From: the human T2T-CHM13v2.0 reference genome, Homo sapiens
DNA: 64,000 nt
Assembly: GCF_009914755.1 (NCBI RefSeq)
Contig: NC_060944.1
Strand: one strand, 5' to 3'
The notes under the pieces were generated by a model. That model saw only the letters and a program-made list of their open reading frames with translations. It was not told where the DNA came from and searched no databases. A program made the translations under genes and the position numbers. Of the stretch, positions 16,515 through 38,320 are shown one piece after another (positions within the stretch are counted from its first letter, which is position 1; every line of letters begins with the position of its first letter).

Positions 16515-16680
16515 ATGGGCTTTTGGGGCTGGGTGGCTTTTATGCCTGAGTCCCTCACTTAGGGCTCCTTTTTATCCACTCAAATGCCAGCTAGGGCTTA
16601 GTTTGTTTATAGGAGTTTCCAAAATAGCTCCTTTGGTTTCGCATGAAAGGAAATGGCAAAATAGCCCAGGAAGAGGAATG
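16500..16680 (-). promoter_or_regulatory. Candidate RIPOR3 proximal promoter
   Basis: TATA-like CATAAAAG, MEF2-type CTAAATTTAA (16501-16510), forkhead-like TGTTTAT, and two CAAAATAGC motifs in repeat-free sequence. Confidence 0.4.
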
Positions 16681-17204
16681 TGAGTTTACACAGAAGACAG
16701 ACAGGCGCCCGAGGAGGCTTCTCTGGGAACCAGTTCGCCTGTACCAGAGGGGGCCCGAGAAAGTGTGGAGTCCAACAGTCCAACTCGCTCATTTTACCGA
16801 TGTCAAGACTAAGCCCAGGATGGTCACACAACTTGCCTGGACCACCCAAAGGCGACTGGAAGAGCCAGAAGAACCCAAACTACTCCTCCCTGCCAAAGCA
16901 CAGGCCTCAGCTGGAGCCCCCCTCCAGCCTTTGCCCTGGCTGTGTCCTCTGCCTGGCACACGCCTCCCTTCCCCCAGGTCTTCCCTATCACTCTCTCCCA
17001 GCTTGCAGGCCTCACAACCAAGGCCACCTCCTCAGAGAGGTCCTCCCTGACCCCCTTGGCTAACGTGGACTTGCCCCTCACCCGTATCCTTCAAATAACT
17101 CATGGTTCTGATTGTCTTATTCATCAGTTAATCAAGTATGCTTCTCAAGAATCTTCGCTCCAGGGAGCAGGGGGTTTTTCTGTCTTTTTAAAAAAAAATT
17201 TTTG

Positions 17205-17642
17205 GGGCCAGGCACACTCCTATAATTATGGGCTCACGCCTGTAATCCCAGCACTTTGGGAGGCTGAGTCTGGTGGATCACCTGAGGTCAGGAGTTCAAG
17301 ATCAGCCTGGCCAACATGGTGAAACCCCATCTGTACTAAAAATACAAAAATTAGCCAGGCGTAGTGGCGGGCTCCTGTAATCCCAGCTACTCAGGAGGCT
17401 GAAGCGGGAGAATTGCTTGAACCCAGGAAGCGGAGGTTGCAGTTAGCTGAGATCACACCGTTGCACTCCAGCCTGGGTGATAAAGCAAGACTTCGTCTCA
17501 AAAAAAAATTTTTTTAAATAAATAAATACATAAATTATTATTATTATTATTTTTATAGAGATGGGTCTTGTTATGTCACCCAGGCTGGTCTCAAACTCCT
17601 GGCCTCAAGCGATCCACATGGTGTGAGCCACCATGCCCAGCC
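17205..17642. mobile_element. AluS (+, 17205-17530) tail-to-tail with a FLAM/Alu fragment (-, 17540-17642)
   Basis: Alu consensus in opposite orientations. Confidence 0.9.
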
Positions 17643-18571
17643 TGCTGGTTTTTAAAGAGCATATTTAAATGAAAAGAGACAAATTTAAAGGACCCTTGGT
17701 TTAAATAGAGCAGGTTGGAACCAGCTTCAGGGCAGCCCATGGTCCTGGCTCTGCCATCCTCCAGAACCACCTGGAGCCAGGAGGGGACACCCAAGGTGTC
17801 TCTGCAGAGGACAGCGGCCTGACGGATAGACACACAATGAGTGCCCTGATTTGTGATTTAAGAGAAGAACAAGCAGCTCCTTGGGAAGCCCCAGTGTCCC
17901 CTGCGCTCCACTGTCCCAGGACTGCAGGCAAAGGGACGCCTCCTGACCGCAGAATAGTCAACAGCAGGCACGGGAGTGAGGACCGGGATCCAGGGAGGCC
18001 GCTTCCCTCTGTCTATCAGTCTGCAGCCCTGGGTCCCAGCTCACTCCATTGGGGTTTTCCCAGATAAAGATGACTCATGAATTTCTTTGAATTATCCAGA
18101 GGGCATTTTAATTCAAATGGCCCCATCACTGCCTCGTCACCACTCCCACCAGCCATGCCAGGGGTCAGCCAGGGGTCACCTTGAAGACAAAGCCTCTCTT
18201 TGGGAAAGAAGCCTTTGAGGCCACTGTGGGGTGGCTGTGTGTCGGGGCGCCAGGTGGGAAGGCAGCTGGGGCCTGCCCAGGCTAGGGAAGAGAGCGTGGG
18301 GGTGTGGGGGATGAAGGAAGATAAAGATGGGGTAGCGGGAGGGAGCGGGGGAAGCTGGGCCTCCAAGAAGCACAGGCTGACTTGGGAATCCCATCTCAAA
18401 CGTGCCTCACCCTGGTCTCCAGCTGTAGGAGCAGTGATAAGGATGAGGACAGGCAGGAGGGACTGAGATGAGATGAGAGCATTTGGAGCCTGGAGAGAGA
18501 CCCCTGACACTGAGGGAGTGAGGTGACCTGGTGGTGGCTATTCCAGGCCAAGCACCTTTGTTCAACTGTCA

Positions 18572-18959
<388 letters not shown>

Positions 18960-19212
18960 TCATTGAATTCCTGGTACCCAGGAAGTCTGGCCTCAAGCCT
19001 GAGCTCTGCCCCCGCTGAGCAGAACCCCTCTTTCTAAACCCCGGACACTGGGCTGGACACACAGCCTCTCACTCGCCCCCACAGCTCCCCGGGGTCAGGG
19101 CACTGTTACCATTGTACAGACCAGGAGGCTGAGGTTCGAGATGGAGCCACCTGAAGTGGCAAGTTGGTAGCATTGTACCTCCAATGACTCACCAAAACGC
19201 CTGCATAAAAAT

Positions 19213-19335
19213 CCAGGTGCAGTGGCACTCACCTGTAGTCCCAGCTACCTGGGAGGCTGAGGCAGGAGGAGCACTTGAGCCCAGGAAGTTTGAGGCCAGC
19301 TTGGGCAACACCATGAGCCAAAAATAAATAAATAC
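19213..19335 (+). mobile_element. FLAM/Alu monomer
   Basis: Monomer consensus with A-rich tail. Confidence 0.75.
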
Positions 19336-19489
19336 AATACAGGTAAAGTGCTTGTGTATAGGCAGTGTGGTGCAGGTGTGTGTACGCCTGACCTAGGTCC
19401 CAGGAGTGACTAAGGGACACGCAGAGTGGGGCTCTCCAATCAGAAGCCCTCGCTCTGGAATTGGTTATGGGAGGGTCCCTGGACCTCAG

Positions 19490-19600
19490 CATGTAATGCT
19501 TTGCTGTGGAGGCTGTCCTGTGTGTTCAGCAGTGTCCCCACACCAGGAGCACAGCCTGTGACAGCCTGGCACATCTCCAGACACTGCCACATGTCCCTGT
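19490..19600 (+). mobile_element. MER20 fragment
   Basis: ctttgctgtggaggctgtcctgtg..ttcagcagtgtccc..tgtgacagcc..tctccagacactgccacatgtccc. Confidence 0.6.
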
Positions 19601-20464
19601 GCTAAAGGCATCTCTTCGGACCTGGGCTGGAGCGTTCATTAACCCGTATGGTGACTTAGGCATAATTTTCCATGGGCGAAATGAGTAGTATTGAAGACAC
19701 TATGGTATTTGGTTGGCTACAGTATTGCTCGGGCACCTTCCCCTCACACGAACAGGTGTGGGACTCTGGCAGACCACACAGCCTGACACCTACGGAGCGG
19801 CCCTGGGTCTGCGGCTCCCACAGGGCCTCTGCCACTCCAGCCGTGACACACACACATGCTGTCACCAGCCTAGGATGTGCACAAAGCCTGTAGGTCTGAG
19901 ACCAAGGACATGAGCTTGGAGGAGCTGGCTGGATTCCTCAGACCTCTGGGGCCCGTTTGCCAGAGCAGAGCCGAGACCTGCCTGAGACCTGCCTTCATTG
20001 CAACCCTGGCCCTGTGGCACGGCTGCAAGGGAGGAGAGAGCGGGTGAAGGGCTGCTTCCCCTTTCCATCCAAAAACACACAAACAAAAGACGCCTGAGCT
20101 TGGTGAACACACGCACTGGTCAGGCTCAGCTCCACACAGGGAGGATGTAGATTCAAACCCAGGTGGGCTGAACTCCGAAGCACACTTCGGCCAACCACTG
20201 GTCACTGGAGTGAACTGCCCCCAACCCTCTGTCATCTCGGGGACACAGACCCTGCCCCCCTCCGCAAGGCTGGACAGCAGAGCAGCTTCCCTCTACAAAA
20301 CGGTCAAAAAGGCAAAGAAAGACTTCCACACCCTGCCGCTGCCTGGGAGAACCCTGAGCTTCCTTTCTGCAGTGACCTCTCCATTAGACGCACAGGCCCA
20401 CGCATGCGCCCACGAACACATGTGAATTACTTCTAGGATCAGAAGGCAAAAAAATGTTCTTTAG

Positions 20465-21349
<885 letters not shown>

Positions 21350-21744
21350 TAGCGTTTCCCACGCTAAACCACTGAAACTGAGGGTTTTATCTCCCACTCT
21401 CCTTGCTCCCAGTTCCGCATGGCCACTGGCCTGGCTGAGACAGAGCCGCTGGAAGTGCCCGGCAGGACCTCGCACTTGACCTTCAGCCTCTTACTTAACC
21501 CTTGCAATGCAGGGCGGTAGCCTCCACTGGGTCCTGTTCAGCCGCTACTCCTAGAAATGGTCTGGGGGGTAAGGGTGGGGCCCCCTGCAGAGCCCTTGGA
21601 TGTGTGTTTGCGCCATGGCAGTAGTACACCCACCCCCTTCTGCTTCCGCAGAACCTGGCCGGCTCCTCCCCATCCCAGGGGGAGAGGCTCCTCCTGCTCC
21701 CACTTCCCTCCTTTACATTTGGCTACTACTCTTAGGGGTGGGGC

Positions 21745-21940
21745 TTTGTTTACTTTGCATTTTCCTGATTCCTAATGAGATTAAGCACATTTCCTTAGGT
21801 TTACCGGCTTCCCAATCTCCTCTTCTGGGAATTTTCAGTTCCTATTCCTTTGTCCAGTTATCTGCCTTCTTCTTCTTGATTGCTGGGAGCGGCTGATAAA
21901 TCCTAGATGACCATCCTTTCTCAGTTTTCTCCCAGCCCCT
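21745..21940 (-). mobile_element. Ancient L1M fragment
   Basis: tttgcattttcctgattcctaatgagattaagcacattt...ttcctttgtcca resembles antisense L1 ORF2/3' sequence. Confidence 0.55.
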
Positions 21941-21965
21941 CACCTTTTAATCTTAAATTGTTCTC

Positions 21966-21996
<31 letters not shown>

Positions 21997-22010
21997 AACA
22001 GGGAGAGAGA
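21966..22010. repeat. (TG)n(GA)n compound microsatellite
   Basis: Direct observation. Confidence 0.85.
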
Positions 22011-22373
22011 TACAAGCTTCAAATACTTATGTGGCCAAATCCGTCACAGGTTTTCCTTCTGTGTTTTACAATTTGGAAACTGCTTTCTGGTCTCTAAGAT
22101 TAAGTTGCTAATCTGTTAACCACTGGTGTTTAATTCCCTGGGGGAGAAGCCTGTCTTCCCAGCCAGGCTGCAAAGTCCCCCAGGGTATGTCTCCATCTCC
22201 CCCCTCCCCCCATGAGGCCTTAGTCAAGAGATTCCACTGCTCCTCAGAAATACCCTGAATTTGTCCCCTCCTTCCTGCCTCCACCCCTGCTCGCCAGGAC
22301 CAATCTCTGCCTCCCTCTCACCCTCTGCCCCACATGATTACCACAGTGATTTAAAAAAAAAAAATCCATCAGA

Positions 22374-23880
<1,507 letters not shown>

Positions 23881-24069
23881 AACCGAAAATTCTTAAGGCA
23901 CATTTTTGACACTAAAAACATAGTATTTTATAACTGCTAAAATAGATATGTTAATTCTAGTCTTTTCTTGTGCACAGAAACAAATTACCACTTTAGTTTC
24001 TCAAGGAGCACATGTATACATGTTAAATGCATTAATTTGTTTAATATAAACATGAAATACTTTTTATAA

Positions 24070-24763
<694 letters not shown>

Positions 24764-25724
24764 TAGTTTACAAAAAAATCCCAGCAGCCAGCTCCAGAGA
24801 GGCCTTGTTCTGTGGTGTCTAAGGATGGAGCCCAGGCAGGGACGGCCAAAAGCTCGCTACCCCTGCCCAGGAAGGCAGGAGCACCGTTGTGTCCCGTTCC
24901 TATCCCTCAAAAATAAATCACAGCCAGCTCATGTCATAGGACAGAGCCTGTTCGCAATCCATCCTGTGTCTGCGGATTCTCCCAGGTCTGTAAGGCAGCA
25001 GGGAGATGCGGCCTCTCCCACTCCACCCAACACGTAGCCAGGGCGAGGTGGGGCCGGGGGAGAGGCTGACATTCAAAGGCATCTGAGTGGTAAGAGGTGA
25101 GCGAGTGAGGTGAATGGGGACTACGTTAGAAGGACCCTACGTTAGAAGGGTGAGGCGCTAGGGCCATAGCCTAAGGGCACTGGGAACCCTGTGGGCATGC
25201 GCAGTTCAAGCCCATCCCCGCCCCCTCCAGCTGCTGTCCATCCCTGCCACACCTGACCATTTGCCTAACCTAGATCCTTCCTGTCTTGCATTTCCTCAAG
25301 CATCCGGAGCCCAGGACTGCTCAGTCAACCCTCTGGAATGCCCACAACTCCCCACAGGCCAGCCGGCCTTGGGACTCCCGCACAGCCACGTGAGCCGGTG
25401 GAGCCGGGTCTGTTTGCTAGTGGAGGCTGTTAACAGCACGGGAAGTGGTCAAGGGTTCAACAAGAGATGAGCCATCTGGTCCTCCAGAGGTAAACAATTT
25501 ACAAGAGACACATCAAGCCTGCCTGCTGTTCTGGTTTTTCTTTTGACAGTGAAATATGCAGTTTCTTTTTCATCCTGGTGCCTATTGGAGAGGGAGACTG
25601 TTCCAGGCACTCTGACCCCAGCTAAAGCGCCTCCCTGGGGCAGGATCTATGCAGGGAGGCAGAAAAGTCAGATTTTTTTTCACATCTTCTTTGTTCCATT
25701 CCCAGGACTGAGCAACTTCATGTA

Positions 25725-26035
25725 TTTATGTATTTATTTATTTATTTATAGACAGGTTCTCACTATGTCGCCCAGGCTGGAGTGCAGTGGTGCGGTCACA
25801 GCTCACTGCAACCTCAATGTCCTAGGCTCCAGTGATCCTCCTGCCTCAGCCTCCTGAGTAGCCGGGACCATAGGTGTGTACCACCATGCCAGGGGAATTT
25901 TTGTATCTTTGGTTAGAGAAAGGGTTTTGCTGTGATGTTGCCCAGTCTGGTCTCAAACTCCTGAGCTCAAGCGATTCACCCTCCTGGGCCTCCCAAAGTG
26001 CTGGGATTACAGGTGGGAGCCACTGTGCGTGGCCC
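25725..26035 (-). mobile_element. AluJ
   Basis: Reverse Alu; 18-bp TSD cccaggactgagcaactt. Confidence 0.93.
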
Positions 26036-26612
26036 AGGACTGAGCAACTTTAAGTCAGATGGTTAACCTACATCATGAGGAAAGTGGATTTCCTCCCAAA
26101 GGAACAGACTTATTTTCTAGAACCCAAAGCCTTGAATTTCAAGAACCTTTAGCCTTAAATCCATTTCCTGTTGGAAGCAGACCCCCTCCTGGTCTCCCCA
26201 GGTATTGCAACCCTGCTCTACCAGCCACTATAAATGCCCACACAAAAGGAACAGGGGCTCCATTCCTGATGCTCAGAGTGGAGTCACTAGATTCTCAAGC
26301 ATATGAGATATGTATGTGGCCTAACAGCCTGAAATAAACAGCTTGTGCTGGGATTGTAATTCTAGAGTTTCCAAAAGTGTTGCAAAATATTCCAGGCAGA
26401 CACTAAAGTTTGTGTACTACAAGCTGTTTATTAATTAATTTCTTATTTGCCAAACATTCTTGCTTGGGTCTACTGGGAGATGATTTCGTTGGGAATGCAT
26501 CTCCAATTTTGTAATAAAGATCACCAGGGAAAGAAGGCTTGCTTCATAGGGGCTCATATTACAGGAAATGTGGCTAGCATAGGTAGTTCCCATAAGAAAA
26601 AGGACAGTACTA

Positions 26613-27385
<773 letters not shown>

Positions 27386-27524
27386 ACCTCATTCTCACTA
27401 TGTGACCTTGGACAAGTCACTTATCCTCTTTGAGCCTCCAGTTCCTCATCTATACATTGGAAGCCACTGAAATTATCTTACAGTTACTTTCAGTTGCGAG
27501 GACTTGCTCTTTTTCTCTTCATTA

Positions 27525-29233
<1,709 letters not shown>

Positions 29234-29589
29234 CTATTCTGATTCTGCAGCCCTCAGGCTTTATTGCTTTTCCTGCTTAATGAGGTGAGGTTCGCTCAGC
29301 CCAGTGGCAATTCCTGTAAAAGCCATTTGGATGACCCAATGGGGTGAGTTTACAGGGAAGCGCTCCCTGAGGGCTAGGCTGGCTGGAAGCAGATACTTTG
29401 CCCCCTTCCAAGGACGGTAATGAGGTTTGAGGCTTCCAATGGGGGCAGGGGATGATCTGGGCGCCAAAAGCCCTGGCCTGGGGTCAAAAGATCTGGGCTC
29501 CAGCCCCAGCCGGGCTAACTAGGCAGTCTCCTGTCTGAGCTGTACTCCCCTCATGGGTGAAATGGGGATACAGGCACATACTTTATAGC

Positions 29590-30255
29590 CTGCAGTCTGT
29601 GTGTAACAGAGAACCATAAGCTGGTGGGTCGGGGAGTGGGGCTGGGGGTTATTTCTCATGGTTCTGGAAGCGAGGAGTTGGAGATCAGGGTGACTGCATG
29701 GTAAGGTTCTGGTGAGGGCCCTCTTCCAGGTTGCAGACTATGGTCCTCTCATTTCATCCCCACGTGGAGGGAAGAGGCAAGAGAACACTCTGGAAGTTAT
29801 AAGAGCACTAATCCCATTAATCCCATTCACCAGGCCTCCACCCTCGAGATCTATTCACCTCCCAAAGGCCCCACCTCCTAATCACAGCACGGGGGTTTGG
29901 GTTCAACATAGGAATTTTTTTTTGAGATGGCATCTCACACAGTGTTGCCAGGCTGTAGTGCAGTGGCGCAATCTCTGCTCACTGCAACCTCCACCTCCCG
30001 GGCTCAAACAATCCTCCCACCTCAGCCTCCTGAGTAGCTGGGACCACAGGTGTGCACCACCACACCTGGCTAACTTTTTGTACTTTTAGTAGAGACGAGA
30101 TTTCACCGTGTTGCTCAGATTGGTCTCAAACTCCTGAGCTTAAGTGATTTGCCCACGTTGGCCTCCCAAAGTGTTGGGATTACAGATGTGAGACACCACA
30201 TCCAACCTCAACATATGAATTTTAGAGTGACCCAAACATTCAGTCCATCACAGTC
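29590..30255 (-). mobile_element. MLT1A-type LTR with an inserted Alu (-, 29915-30207)
   Basis: tttctcatggttctgga..ggttctggtgagggccctcttcc..cccaaaggccccacctcctaa..aaacattcagtccatcaca; Alu TSD tcaacata(g/t)gaatttt. Confidence 0.8.
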
Positions 30256-30379
30256 TCCTGCAGGATTACAGATGTATAATCAGTCTGTAATCCACAAAGT
30301 TCTAAGCAAAGGAAAAGAAGTACCAATATCACTATTGCTATTGTTATTATCAGCACCCAAGACCTTCCCCAGTCCCAGT

Positions 30380-31085
30380 GAGTGGAATATTAAGATGATC
30401 CCAAAGACGCTCGACTTCGCTAACCCGTAATACTCACAGGTTCCACCCCTTTGATTGTGGGCAGAACCTGTGAATATTATGATCTGACTGCCATGGTTAC
30501 CTTATATGACAAAAGGGAGATTAGCCTGGGTGGGCCTGACCTAATCAGAGAGCCCTCAAACAGGACTGGCTTTTTGTTTTTTGTTTTTTTTTTGAGACCG
30601 AGTCTCGCTCTGTCACCTAGACTGGAGTGCAGTGGCATGATCTCAGCTCACTGCAACCTCTGCCTCCCGGGTTCAAGCAGTTCTCCTGCCTCAGCCTCCT
30701 GTTGGCTCTTACTGGCCAAGGAGATTCAAAGTATGAGAGGGATTCAGCGTGAGAGAGATTTTCCATTGCAGGCTTTGGAGGTGAAGGTGGCCAATACAGG
30801 AGGCCTCTAGAAGCTGAAAGCAGCCCCCCAGTGACAGCTAGGAAGGAAATGGGGACCTCAGTCCTATGGCCACACGGAACTGAATGACCTTGGAAGTGGA
30901 TTTGTCCCCAGATCCTCCAGACAAGAACTCAGCCGGACCAACATCTTGCATTTCAGCCTTGCGATGAGCAGAGAACTCAGCCATGCCAGACTCCGGACCA
31001 ACACAGCTGTGAGCTCATACATGGATATTGTTTTAAGCTGCTGGGTCTGGGATCATTTGTTACACAGCAATAGAAAACCAATACA
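30380..31085 (+). mobile_element. MLT1D/E-type LTR with an Alu fragment (-, 30572-30700)
   Basis: gggagattagcctgggtgggcctgacctaatc..ggaaatggggacctcagtccta..tttgttacacagcaatagaaaaccaataca. Confidence 0.8.
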
Positions 31086-31139
31086 TCCTCTGTCAAGGAA
31101 GCCTGAGAATGGAAGGCCCCTACTCAATCTACCCTCCCA

Positions 31140-31350
31140 CTATAGTCTGGTGGTTAGAGACAAGGGCTCTGGAGTCAGATGGAACGGTGTTCGAATCTTG
31201 GCAATTCCATCCACTGGCTGTGGAACGTTGTCCACACTCCCTTCCTCACCTCTTATATCCTCGGTTTCCTCATCTGTGAAATAGCAGTGGAAATAAAATG
31301 CATGGAAATCATCAGAGCAGGGTATGCATCGTAAGGACACATAGTAATAG
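31140..31350 (+). mobile_element. MIR
   Basis: ggctctggagtcaga..gttcgaatct..cctcggtttcctcatctgtgaaat. Confidence 0.7.
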
Positions 31351-31908
31351 CTCAAGAAACACTGTATATGTTAAACATTAGAAACGAGCTGAGAACTAAC
31401 ACCAATGCACCTGTGTTCTTCAATGCACTGCCTACACACCAGAGAAGAGGGGGAGGAGCCCAGATCTGCTGCTCTGGGAGCTACAGGCCAATTAGGGAAT
31501 CAGGAACCTGAACAGAAAACCACAACTTCAGGGAAAGTAGATGGTACATGTGTTATGTTATTGTGGACATGGCGGGGCAAAGACAAGACCTTAGGTCTTT
31601 GAACTCCCCCTCGGAGTCTGGCACAGGCCTGAGTGGAGCTCCCTCCTCAAGACTTCCTTTGCACTGGCTTCCCTGAGGAAGCATTTGCATTTAGGGTTCT
31701 GCTGTGGAACCTCTTTCTCTTGATCTACATGAAGCCTGAGGCCAAGGCCTTACACCTGTAAGGGAGGAGGTGGCCCTGGGCCCAGGAAAAGGGTGGGTCC
31801 AGTCTCCCAGTTCTGTCCCTGGCATGTACTCTCCCCAGGCCTATCCCACCCCCAAGTCCTCCCAGGCTCCAAACCCTGAGGCCCCACCGACTGTCACTCA
31901 AGAAATCA

Positions 31909-33450
<1,542 letters not shown>

Positions 33451-33499
33451 TATTTCTCACTGGCATAATCAGTGCTGAAAGATCATTGAAAAGGGGCTT

Positions 33500-34230
<731 letters not shown>

Positions 34231-34339
34231 ATCTGTATCTCCAGTGGCTTTGTCCTCTCTTATATCAGCTTTGTTCCACATCTTACACTTAGGAGGTGAT
34301 TCAATTAAACATTGCTTTTTGTGTGTGTTTGGTGGGGTT

Positions 34340-34653
34340 TTTTTGTTTTTTTGTCTTTTTGTTTTTTGAGACAGCATCTCAATCTTTTGCCTAGGCTGGT
34401 GTACAGTGGTGCCATCACCACTCACTGCAGCCTCAACTTCCCAAACTCAGGTGATTCTCCCACCTCAACTCCCCGAGTAGCTGGGACTACAGGCACGCAC
34501 CACCACACCAGCTACTTTTTGTATTTTTAGTAGAGATGGGGTTTCACCATGTTGCCATGGCTGGTCTCAAACTCCTGGCCTCAAGCCATCCATTTGCCCA
34601 ACTAGGCCCCCCAGAGTGCTGGGATTATGGGCGTGAGCCACTGCACCCGGCCA
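34340..34653 (-). mobile_element. AluJ
   Basis: Reverse Alu. Confidence 0.9.
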
Positions 34654-35272
34654 ACCATTGTTGAGTGAGCAAGTAAATGAACTCATCAACGAATTTCTCC
34701 CTGGGTAGCGAAGCTCCCGCTTTTTGAGGTAACCCAGACTTTTCATTTGTATGTTTCCTGAGTCCCTGACTGTACATTCTTCCTGCATATTGTCTCCAGG
34801 ACTAAGAGAATGGAGCCTTTTGCCAAGAAGAGGTTGCGTTCTCAGGCCTCCAGTTTAGATTAAATAGTGGTTTTACAAGGGGAAACAAAGTGACAAACCC
34901 CCAGAAGTTGTGGGGAGCTGAGACGGGGTGGGAATAGGGTTCCCCAGGGACAAACTCCTTCTTGTCCCCCTGCCCAGCGCCCCAGGGCACACTGCCCAGT
35001 GGGTGAAAGCAGCCAGACACACGGGCTCACTGCAGTTACCAAGCAATCCTAAGTGTATCAAGATGGGCGCGCTGACGACAGCTGCACCGAGTGAATCTGG
35101 AATGAATTGGGGGGTTGTTAAGATCGCCGACTTAAGCCTCTTCTCACAGGAAAAATATTTATTTCACTGAGCTCTGCTTTTTGGAAAGCTGCGCCTGTAA
35201 CAGTCTGCATCGATCTAGCAGAGTTTTGGCTACTGCTGGGTTTTGTCTCCCTCCTGTCTCGGTTAGCGTGGG

Positions 35273-35274
<2 letters not shown>

Positions 35275-35308
<34 letters not shown>
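35275..35308. repeat. (TG)n microsatellite
   Basis: Direct observation. Confidence 0.9.
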
Positions 35309-35310
<2 letters not shown>

Positions 35311-35601
35311 ACAGCACACCCTCCCATTATTAAGCAATCAGCCAAAAGACTCAGCCAGGACACTCTGCTCTTCTTTAACCAGAAAAAAGATGAACACGAA
35401 CTGAGTTCGTGGCATGAGGCACGAGACCTTCATGTTTTATCTTCAAAGATGCCTGCTTGAAACTAGCAATTGTTTCTTTCCCTTTTTATCTAGTAAATTG
35501 CTCCCTCTACCTCCTCCCAGTTTGGGAAAAAAATACAAGTATGAAGAAGAAAGTAAAAATCACTCCTATGGTTAGGTTAGGCTTGACTGCAGAATTGTTT
35601 C

Positions 35602-36403
35602 CTTTTTTTTTCTTTTTTTCTTTTTTTTTGAGACGGAGTCTCACTGTTGCCCAGGCTGGAGTGCAGTAGCATGCGATCTTGGCTCACTGCAACCTCCACC
35701 TCCTGGGTTCAAGCGATTCTCCTGCCTCAGCCTCCTGAGCAGCTGGGACTACAGGCCCGCATCACCATGCCCGGCTAATTTTTGTATTTTTAGTAGAGAC
35801 GGGGTTTCACCATGTTGGCCAGGCTGTCCTTTCCTTTTCTACTCTTTGGAGTCGAGGGGCCTGGGTTTGAATCCTAGCTCTGCCACTTGCTGGCTGTGTA
35901 ACCCTGAGAATCATGTCACCACTTGGAACCTCTGTTTCCTCATCTGTCAAATGGTGTAATAATAGTGCCTGCCTCTTTGATTGTTGGGAGGAGTAAACAA
36001 GAGAAAGTATATATAGAGCTTAGAGAAGGTTCAGCAACAATAAATGCAAATGGTACCTATTTTATAGGAGAAATATATACAATTTTTTATCTTCTTTTTC
36101 ATAAAACAGTATAGCGTATACAGTTTCCTGTTTCACTGCCTCATTTTAGAGGCAGAGTCTTGCTGTGTTGCCCAGGCTGGCCTCAAACTCCTGTCTGTGC
36201 TCAAATGATCCTCCTGCCTCAGCCTCCTGAGTAGCTGGGATTACAGGCACCCACCACCATGCCCGGCTAATTTTTGTACTTTTAGTAGAGACGGGGTTTC
36301 ATCGTGTTGGTCAGGCTGGTCTCGAACTCCTGACCTCATGATCCGCCCACCTCGGCCTCCCAAAGTGCTGGGATTACAGGCGTGAGCTACCGTGCCCGGC
36401 CAA
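35602..36403 (-). mobile_element. Truncated AluS (35602-35826), MIR (~35850-36050) and Alu composite (36148-36403)
   Basis: Reverse Alu consensus and MIR core. Confidence 0.85.
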
Positions 36404-36680
36404 CTCACAAGCATTTCTAATGACTGCAAAATAGTCCATTGGGGGCCCATCCCTACATTAGTTTTTAAACCGTTTCCTATGGATGGAAATAGAAGTTGCT
36501 TCCGAAATATTATAAAGATTGCTGTGATAAACACCTCCAGACTCAAATCTTGGTCTATGTTTGAGGCTCTGTCTTTAGGATGAATTCTCAGAAGTTAAAT
36601 TGTTGGTCAAATAGTATGATCACTTCCAAGAGCCTTGATATACCATACTTAGCACTGCAAGTTGCTTTCGAGAAAGATTA

Positions 36681-37165
<485 letters not shown>

Positions 37166-37353
37166 TTACCACATCCCAGCTGCATTGAGGATTATTACCT
37201 TTTAGTTGTTGTTAATTTGACAGGCAAAATGACATCTCATTCTTAAATCTGCATTAAAAAAATTTCACCCAGTATTTTTCTAATACTAGTTTTATTGGCT
37301 ACAATGTGTTGAGTGTTTACTACATGCCAAGCATAGGGTAAATGTCTTTTACT

Positions 37354-37670
37354 TTTTTTTTTTTTTTTTTTTTTGAGAGACAGGGTCTTGCCTGTTGCCC
37401 AGGCTGGAGTGCAGTGATGCGATCATACCTCACTACAGCCTTGAACTCCTGGGCTCAAGGGATCTTTCTGCATCAGCCTCTCTCTTAAGTAGCTAGGACT
37501 CCAGGTGCACCACCATGCCTGGCTAATTTTTTTTTATTTTTATTTTTTTGTAGTAACAGGGCCTCGGTATATTGGCCAGGCTGGTCTCAAACTCCTGGGC
37601 TCAAGTGCTCCTCCTACCTCGGCCTCCCAAAGTACTGGGATTACAGGTGTGAGACACCATACCCAGCCTC
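37354..37670 (-). mobile_element. AluJ
   Basis: Reverse Alu. Confidence 0.9.
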
Positions 37671-37689
37671 CATAAAATGTTTTAATCAA

Positions 37690-38320
<631 letters not shown>

